Source: Candidatus Bathyarchaeota archaeon (GTDB lineage Archaea; Thermoproteota; Bathyarchaeia; 40CM-2-53-6). From it: a DNA stretch of 64,000 nt. The DNA lies in assembly GCA_963726255.1 (NCBI GenBank), contig CAVSBL010000002.1, positions 416,001 through 480,000 on the forward strand. The letters are read 5' to 3'. Under the pieces are notes generated by a model. The model made no database searches. It saw only the letters and a list, made by a program, of their open reading frames with translations, and was not told where the DNA came from. Made by a program: the position numbers and the translations under genes. How positions within the stretch are numbered: position 1 is the first letter of the stretch; each line of letters begins with the position of its first letter. Of this stretch, positions 57,983 through 64,000 are shown one piece after another.

Positions 57983-58213
57983 CTATTCTATGACGATTGT
58001 TGTAACGGTGGAACGGACGCCGGGAAGTCGCCGTATCTTCCATGTGATGATCTCTTTCAACCCATCCATCGAATCAGCTTCAACTTTCGCAATCATGTCG
58101 TAGATACCGTAAGTTCGGTGGCAGTCCTTCACATTCGGAAGCTTCCGAACTTCTTTGAGCACCTCCTCTTCCGAACCCGGCTCAACGTTGACCAAAACAT
58201 AGGAAACAGGCAT
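57983..58213 (-). CDS. Stand-alone Lrp/AsnC ligand-binding domain protein
   Basis: YVLVNVEPG, YGIYDMIAKVEA, KIRRLPGVRSTVT. Confidence 0.9.
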   Translation of the reverse strand: MPVSYVLVNVEPGSEEEVLKEVRKLPNVKDCHRTYGIYDMIAKVEADSMDGLKEIITWKIRRLPGVRSTVTTIVIE

Positions 58214-58363
58214 AACAGAACCTCATCAAACACCTCCAAAGTACGGGTAAAAGCCTTCCCTATGAGTGAACGAAGCCGAAGATTCTCTATGTATCGACTG
58301 AAGCATTACCAGCTTAAAGTAGAGAGAAAATCTGTTGTAGTTCCAGAATGTGTCCAGGAGACA

Positions 58364-59065
58364 TTATGGCTGCGGTCCCAAACCTAGTGCTCTCAGTAGT
58401 TCTTTCGATGGTTTGAGATCTGAAAAAACCCAAGTCGCATTCGCTTGAGATAACTGCTCCAATGAGAATATGCCGCTAGCGATCCCGATCGACGTAGCCC
58501 TAGCCGCGTTGGCTGCGCTCATATCTCTGGGCGTGTCACCAACAATCATAACGTTCTTGCGGTCTGACAGCTTATAGTTCGCCACGCATGTCCTCACAGC
58601 GTCTTCAATCAGGCGGTTGCGGTCAAAATAAGTGTCAGCGTAGAAATGTTCTGCGAAATATGAATCGATTCCCGTGACCCTCAATTTCTCGGTGGCAACT
58701 GCTGAAAGGTTGCCGGTGAGCACTCCTAGAATATGGTTTTGTGATTTTGTAAGAATGCGCAACAGTTCTTCGACTCCTTCGTTTAGTATGGGTCTTTTTT
58801 TCATGTCGCGATAAATCTCGCCCATCCGCGTGAGAACTTTGGAGAGGAAGTATTCTACATTCTCGTCATCTAAGCCGGTCTCAGCCAGAAGTATCTTGCA
58901 GATCTGAGGATCCACCATGCCTGCAAAACGCGATGGGATTACTGACGGCTCCATGCCGACGACATCATGTATAGTTTTGAGATACCGGCGTCTTTCATCC
59001 TCTTCAGCCGCGGAACTCGATACTAGCGTCCCATCAATATCGAACAGAACTATATGCACGATCAA
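58364..59065 (-). CDS. HAD-superfamily hydrolase
   Basis: LFDIDGTL, LTGN, IVGDTPRD. Confidence 0.9.
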   Translation of the reverse strand: MIVHIVLFDIDGTLVSSSAAEEDERRRYLKTIHDVVGMEPSVIPSRFAGMVDPQICKILLAETGLDDENVEYFLSKVLTRMGEIYRDMKKRPILNEGVEELLRILTKSQNHILGVLTGNLSAVATEKLRVTGIDSYFAEHFYADTYFDRNRLIEDAVRTCVANYKLSDRKNVMIVGDTPRDMSAANAARATSIGIASGIFSLEQLSQANATWVFSDLKPSKELLRALGLGPQP

Positions 59066-59520
59066 CTAGATCCGCCCTATCTGGACCGTCTGCAGCTCCC
59101 CACAATAAGAGGAAGCCCTGTCCCATGGAAACCGCACAACAAGCAGATCTCTAGAGGCCAGAACTTCGTAACGGTCGGAAGTGTTAAACATGCAATAGCG
59201 ACATTAGATCTACATGTGATTTCTGTGCCGAAGAAGAAGAAACCAAAGAAGAAAAAGTAACCAAAGAACCAAGCATTTCCATTGCGGCAACGAGCAAGTT
59301 GAAGTAGGTAAGTTAGAGCCCCCGAAGCTCTTCCACTGAAACCCTACTGCCCCTAGGAACCTATGTTTTTTAGGCGATGAATGCCGCATTCGCGGATGCG
59401 GTGCTCTCTGGCTTGCACCTCGCGGCCACACTACGCCCGGAAGGGACTCACGCTTGTCAGATTCTGGAGTAGGGGCGCCGCTTCCCATTCATTGTTAGAA
59501 CGGCTTGGCAGGAGTCCAGT

Positions 59521-59953
59521 GATGAGGAAGATGAGAAACACGTGTCTCGAGTACGGGTGCGTCAAATGCTGTTTGAATACGGATATGCTGCTGAGCAGTT
59601 CAGACATCGTTCGCATAATGGGCCTTGTTTTCTCTGAGGATTTCTTCATCGTCAAGAAGAACGGGAACCGCCAGCTCAAGAATCTGTCGGGGAGATGCGT
59701 CTTTCATAACGGTCAGCGATGCACCATCTACAATTATCGGCCTGAAGGTTGTCGGCTGTACCCTGCCATTTTCTATGAAGACACGGGAGAAACAGACCTC
59801 GATTCATACTGCCCACATCACGGAAAGTTTCAATTGACGCCATGTATTCACGCGAAGTCATCAAACTCATTCAAAAATTGGATGTGGAGACGAAGAGACG
59901 ACTCAGATCACGTTGACTTGGTCTCGCCGTTGTTCGCACAAATGTCAGTCTGA
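59521..59953 (+). CDS. YkgJ-family cysteine-cluster protein; C-terminus probably frameshifted near 59846
   Basis: CLEYGCVKCC, GRCVF, CTIYNYRPEGCRLYP, YCPH. Confidence 0.8.
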
Positions 59954-60275
59954 AATCACAACCGAAAAGTATTCAGACCTTCATCTCTCATCTGAGACAA
60001 CACGGAAACATTACGGCAGGTTAAATGCCCAAAATGCGGCAGATACTACATAGCGGACGTAGATAGTTCTCAATGTCCACATGAACCAATTTGACCGCAG
60101 ACCGCAGCTATTAACTGCACAGCATGGGCTAGACAGAGCAAGTGACCATTCCACGGCGACTTCCTCCTAATGTCATGGGACGTAAGGTTGATGGTCGGGG
60201 TTCACTCTCGATAGGACAAGCTTACCAGAACGATTTAATACAGTGTGACAGCACCGGCACTCCCGAGGTATTGTA

Positions 60276-60374
60276 ATGGTAAACTGTGCCAAATGTGGGA
60301 AGGAGATTCCTTCAGGGCAAGAGGTTAAGAAAGGTTTCCTGATGAAGAAGAGCTACCACAAACAATGCATCTAA
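60276..60374 (+). CDS. 32-aa zinc-finger microprotein (C-x2-C-x20-H-x2-C)
   Basis: MVNCAKCGKEIPSGQEVKKGFLMKKSYHKQCI; GAGGT SD and TTTAATA box upstream. Confidence 0.6.
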   Translation: MVNCAKCGKEIPSGQEVKKGFLMKKSYHKQCI

Positions 60375-60465
60375 GTAGAAACCTCTAACCTGAATAACAC
60401 CAGCGCAACCGCCCCTGATCTTCACAAACCTATCCTCTTTTTTGAGGGCCTCTTTAGGGCTTGAA

Positions 60466-60849
60466 CTAATGTGAAAGCCTCTCGCGAACCTCGAAATAGT
60501 GTCGGTATCCTTTCGCGTCCTCCTCGTAATCATACTTCGTCAGCGTGCGCCGGTCAATGTACAAACCTGACCCAAGGTGATCCATCTGCATATTTCTTAG
60601 GCGAGTTGTCTGAACGTCGAGAATGTCCACGTAGTTCAGGCCCTCACTCGGCTTCCACTCTGTGACTGGGGAGGGCTCACTCATCGTGATGAGCTTCAAG
60701 AAGTGTCTGGGAGAACGCTGTTCACTGTGGCCACCTCGACAAACAAAAACCTTCGATTCCATGAAATCATTGAAATGCTCATAGCTTCCGGTGAACTCAA
60801 ACCGGACACCGCATTTTTGGCAGCAACACAAGAAGACACGATTTGACAT
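60466..60849 (-). CDS. Hypothetical protein with Cys/His motifs
   Basis: CQKCG...VCRGGH; GAGGT SD upstream. Confidence 0.65.
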   Translation of the reverse strand: MSNRVFLCCCQKCGVRFEFTGSYEHFNDFMESKVFVCRGGHSEQRSPRHFLKLITMSEPSPVTEWKPSEGLNYVDILDVQTTRLRNMQMDHLGSGLYIDRRTLTKYDYEEDAKGYRHYFEVRERLSH

Positions 60850-61086
60850 GGACCTCTATAGTCCGCTCACCTAATAGACGTCCCTATCAGGAATCGCAAA
60901 CAGCAAGCCATCAAATCCGCCACAAAAACCGAAGTGTTGTTGCGACATCACTGAGAGCCAACATGGTATTCTACCATAGGAGCATGCGGAACGTAGGGTT
61001 CAATCGTGAATGGCATCAGCTAAGGATTGGAGATAACTTGGAAGTCACACTGAAAACGTAGCGAGTTTCAGTAGACGTCAGTTTTC

Positions 61087-61126
61087 GTGTGTGTGGGTAA
61101 CGTGGTGCGGGCAACCAAATTTGGAC
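61087..61126 (+). repeat. Family A left arm fused to a degenerate tRNA-end complement
   Basis: GTGTGTGTGGGTAACG-TGGTGCGGGCAACCAAATTTGGAC. Confidence 0.65.
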
Positions 61127-61177
61127 AAAAGGATGCAAGTGAAGGAAAGATATCCGATCCACACTAAAGCAGGGGCT

Positions 61178-61597
61178 CTAGACCGCGCCCCACGTGTGCT
61201 CACAGTTGCAGTAGCTTTTGCCAAAGTCATCATTGCTTGCGTTGCGGGTTTCGCTTTTGAATTCGAAATTCCTTACCCTTGCGGGATACTCGTTGTAGAA
61301 TATACCGTGCCAAAGTGGTCCCAGTAAGGGTTGCGATATGTTCCAGCAGCATCGTGCGTATGTTTCCATCTCAATGCTGATCTTGATTTGAGGGGAGGAG
61401 GCGTTCAAGCTGAATATTGGTAGGTCATTCTCATAGTGCTTGGTTATTTTGACGTCTTTCGTAACATGCTCCTTCCCTTCATCGGGGTCGTAGAAGTTAA
61501 GGGTCTTTGAAACCATTCTTTCACCCCAATCCATAGTACTCTCATGAGATCTCGTATTATTGGTCACACTTGATTTCGTCGCCCATCTCAAATACAA
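61178..61597 (-). pseudogene. Probable C-terminal fragment of a hypothetical protein
   Basis: Protein-like from about VSKTLNFYD to CEHTWG; the upstream part looks non-coding. Confidence 0.45.
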
Positions 61598-62163
61598 GAA
61601 GGCTAAGATCTACTCACGAAGGCGCTCTTGCTGTTTCTTCGAGTATCTGCAACCACAGACTGCACAGCCATGAAATCCTGAGTGAAGTCGACTCAAATGA
61701 TGACAAACATTGCAGCACCATCGTCGATGAGTCGTCCAATGATGTTCATGCAGTCGGTCGATTGAACGAAATATCTTAGGTGGGTGACACAATTTACAAT
61801 GGCTCAATGGTTGAAATCACTCTTCCTTCGTATCGGTATAGAACAGAGTACAACGTCAAGTCGGCTTAATGGTTGCCAATATACAGAATATAATGAGAAT
61901 AAGGTGTCAAAGGGAGTGCACCCCCCTCAAAAAAGGGCGGCTTTGCGTTGTTTCGTCTTCTCGCGTGCTTTCGCCACCTTCTTATCTCTACCAGCCGTCC
62001 ACGCCTTTTTAGCTCCCCTACTTCTCTTGCTTGCCATACACTAGTCACCTCTCAGATACAACATGGCACTGACACTCGAATAGAACTTCCGATTACATCA
62101 TGCCTGGGGGCATTCCAAAGCATTAAGACTAGTGCCTGGGCTCTCTAATGTTGGCAAATCCGA

Positions 62164-62322
62164 ATGTCAGAAACACCTTGCCCCAAGTGCCAATCTAACA
62201 TGGTTGCAGGCAGTATCGTAGTTCTTGAAAAGGAAGTAGTTGGAACAACAGCAGGAATGAGACTCTATACTAAGATATGCAAGGATTGTGGTTACACAGA
62301 ACTTTATGCGCAAACTCCATAG
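62164..62322 (+). CDS. Small zinc-ribbon protein (absent from ORF track)
   Basis: MSETPCPKCQSNM...ICKDCGYTELY. Confidence 0.7.
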   Translation: MSETPCPKCQSNMVAGSIVVLEKEVVGTTAGMRLYTKICKDCGYTELYAQTP

Positions 62323-62405
62323 CTTATTGCGTACTCAGCAGACGGTTTTTGAGACAATGAAGAACTGATCACAGCAGTCATGAACTTGACGTTACCCTAC
62401 TTGGG

Positions 62406-62723
62406 ATGATTCTTAAGCGACGACGCTCATCTAAATCCAGACTTAGGTTGCCGATCTCTAGGAACGAATTTGAGAAACTAAAGGCATTTGGTCCAACTTT
62501 AGAAGAAGAAGTCCTCGACTTCCTCAGCAAGAATCGTCAATCGGCCTACACTTCTATTGAGATTGTTCAAAAGCTTTTTGCGACAGCCGTGGTTAAACCA
62601 ATAAATGACCCTACTGTAGAACGAGTAAATGTAGCATTAGAGAGTTTGCTAACAAGAAAAGCGATTGTGGGCAAAGAGCGAGTGACATCTACTGGCTCGG
62701 AATATTATTTCACGACACCATAA
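62406..62723 (+). CDS. Small winged-helix protein
   Basis: VLDFLSKNRQSAYTSIEI...ALESL...YY. Confidence 0.6.
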   Translation: MILKRRRSSKSRLRLPISRNEFEKLKAFGPTLEEEVLDFLSKNRQSAYTSIEIVQKLFATAVVKPINDPTVERVNVALESLLTRKAIVGKERVTSTGSEYYFTTP

Positions 62724-62896
62724 AAGCAACAAGATAGAGACACCAAACGGTTTGCGCCTTCCGGTACCAAACGACAACGACCAACGCTCTGAGTTGGCTT
62801 GCGGCATCGAAATCAAAGGCCGAAACAAGTGGCTAACAATCATCCAAAACGCAAGTCAAAAGTAGCTCACGCGACCGACTATATATCTGACTGAAG

Positions 62897-63139
62897 GTGC
62901 CGATAGATGCGAATGAGGCAGACCGCTCGCGTGTCGAAGGGATGATTCGGACGTATCTACATTCCAAAGTCTCAATCGCACAAGTAAGAGGGGCAGTCAG
63001 TTCCTCTTCTTTTAGACGAGGGGGACTTAGAGCTGTCCTTGACGAAGTGGAGGTAAGTACTTCAGCGCTATCTGAGGATGACAGGGGTAAGCTTATGGCG
63101 GTTTTGAAGGACGAGCTTCAAAAGTCGGGTTTTCTCTAG
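62897..63139 (+). CDS. Hypothetical protein
   Basis: 80-aa GTG ORF with protein-like composition. Confidence 0.5.
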   Translation: MPIDANEADRSRVEGMIRTYLHSKVSIAQVRGAVSSSSFRRGGLRAVLDEVEVSTSALSEDDRGKLMAVLKDELQKSGFL

Positions 63140-64000
63140 AGCTATCAAACGAACGGTAAACAATGAGATCGGAACCTTCGAGAAATGTCGTGCATGTTAC
63201 GGGTTAGGTAAGATTCTGCGTCAGCCATAGCGTTCCCGTTTCTGAGAATCAAAGCATTTTGGGAGACCTGTTTTCTTTTGTTGCGCGAGTGCGCCTTGTC
63301 ACGTAGGAGAATGCGCCGCTGCTCGTTCGAAGCGACCGCAAATGGCTAGGCCTCCTGAGTCACATGAATCGAACCTTTAAGGATGCTAGGCATGTGAAGC
63401 CTGATGAGGCGGGAGCGGCGAACCTGCGCTTTCTGAATGAGATGTACGAGGCCATGGCCAAGGCTGAGAACGAGCCTTGACCTCATTCCCTCTTTTCGTC
63501 TCAGTGTCCCGTAATCAGGGACTTGGGGATCGTCCTACAGTCCCATGTTTTCCTAGTGGGGGACCTCTCTGTCCCTCTTTTTGGAAATGGACACACCAGG
63601 CGCTTGAATAACATGAGGGAATACATCAAAGTCCCAGGTTGCTCCGCCTCGAAGTTGACCATTGAACATGGCCATCTGAAAACGGAGGACAATGAGTTCT
63701 GCCTCGCAATCGGTGAATGGCTCAAAGACTCAATCAAACCAAAGGCGGAAGGCAGCAAAGAGTAGAGAGCGAGGTTCTACGGAAAGGAGCCCACGCCTGG
63801 CAGAAAGGAAAAGTGGTGCTCGCTAGACAATGAGTGTTAGGAAGCGGCGGATCACAGCTTCAGCGATTCTTGTTGAGTCAGAAGTTCTTGACGTACGTGA
63901 AGGATGCGAGCGTCGCCGAGCTCATTCAATCGTTAGCTACTGAAGCGAAGAAACACCAATGCACAGTGTTGCAACCTTATGTAAATCCAAACATATTCCG

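Noticed and set aside
57569-58387. 272-aa + strand ORF
   Set aside because: Antisense shadow of the Lrp/AsnC gene and its neighbour; no motifs.

Overview
Archaeal DNA of TACK type; the protein sequences are most consistent with Bathyarchaeia (inference). Positions 1 to about 16.8 kb are mostly core genes: ATP-dependent DNA ligase, glycerate kinase, a trans-sulfuration enzyme, TFEbeta/RPC34-like, rlmE, trm1, NTPase, rnhB, fibrillarin, nop5 and an amidohydrolase. From about 17 kb to the end is a mosaic accessory region of single genes, short gene groups and gene fragments. Two families of short non-coding sites punctuate it. Family A is a roughly 28-32 bp imperfect palindrome (GTGTGTGTGGGTCTARTGGTGCGCACACACAC, about 16 recognisable copies at 22.9-41.1 kb and 61.1 kb); its core TGGTGCG is the complement of a tRNA 3' end, and some copies run into tRNA T-arm complement. 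Family B is eight co-oriented tRNA 3'-end snippets (GGGTTCAAATCCCACCGGCCCCACCA, 43.6-56.8 kb), most preceded by an inverted copy of the T-arm. Together they suggest a tRNA-anchored site-specific recombination system that accumulates gene cassettes. Cargo includes a TBP, SQR-like, S53 protease, an orphan AbiEi, zinc-ribbon clusters, and a terminase-ATPase-only module with no capsid genes. I found no intact tRNA, rRNA, CRISPR array or intact integrase. Several single-base frameshifts, mostly in short base runs, look like long-read assembly errors.
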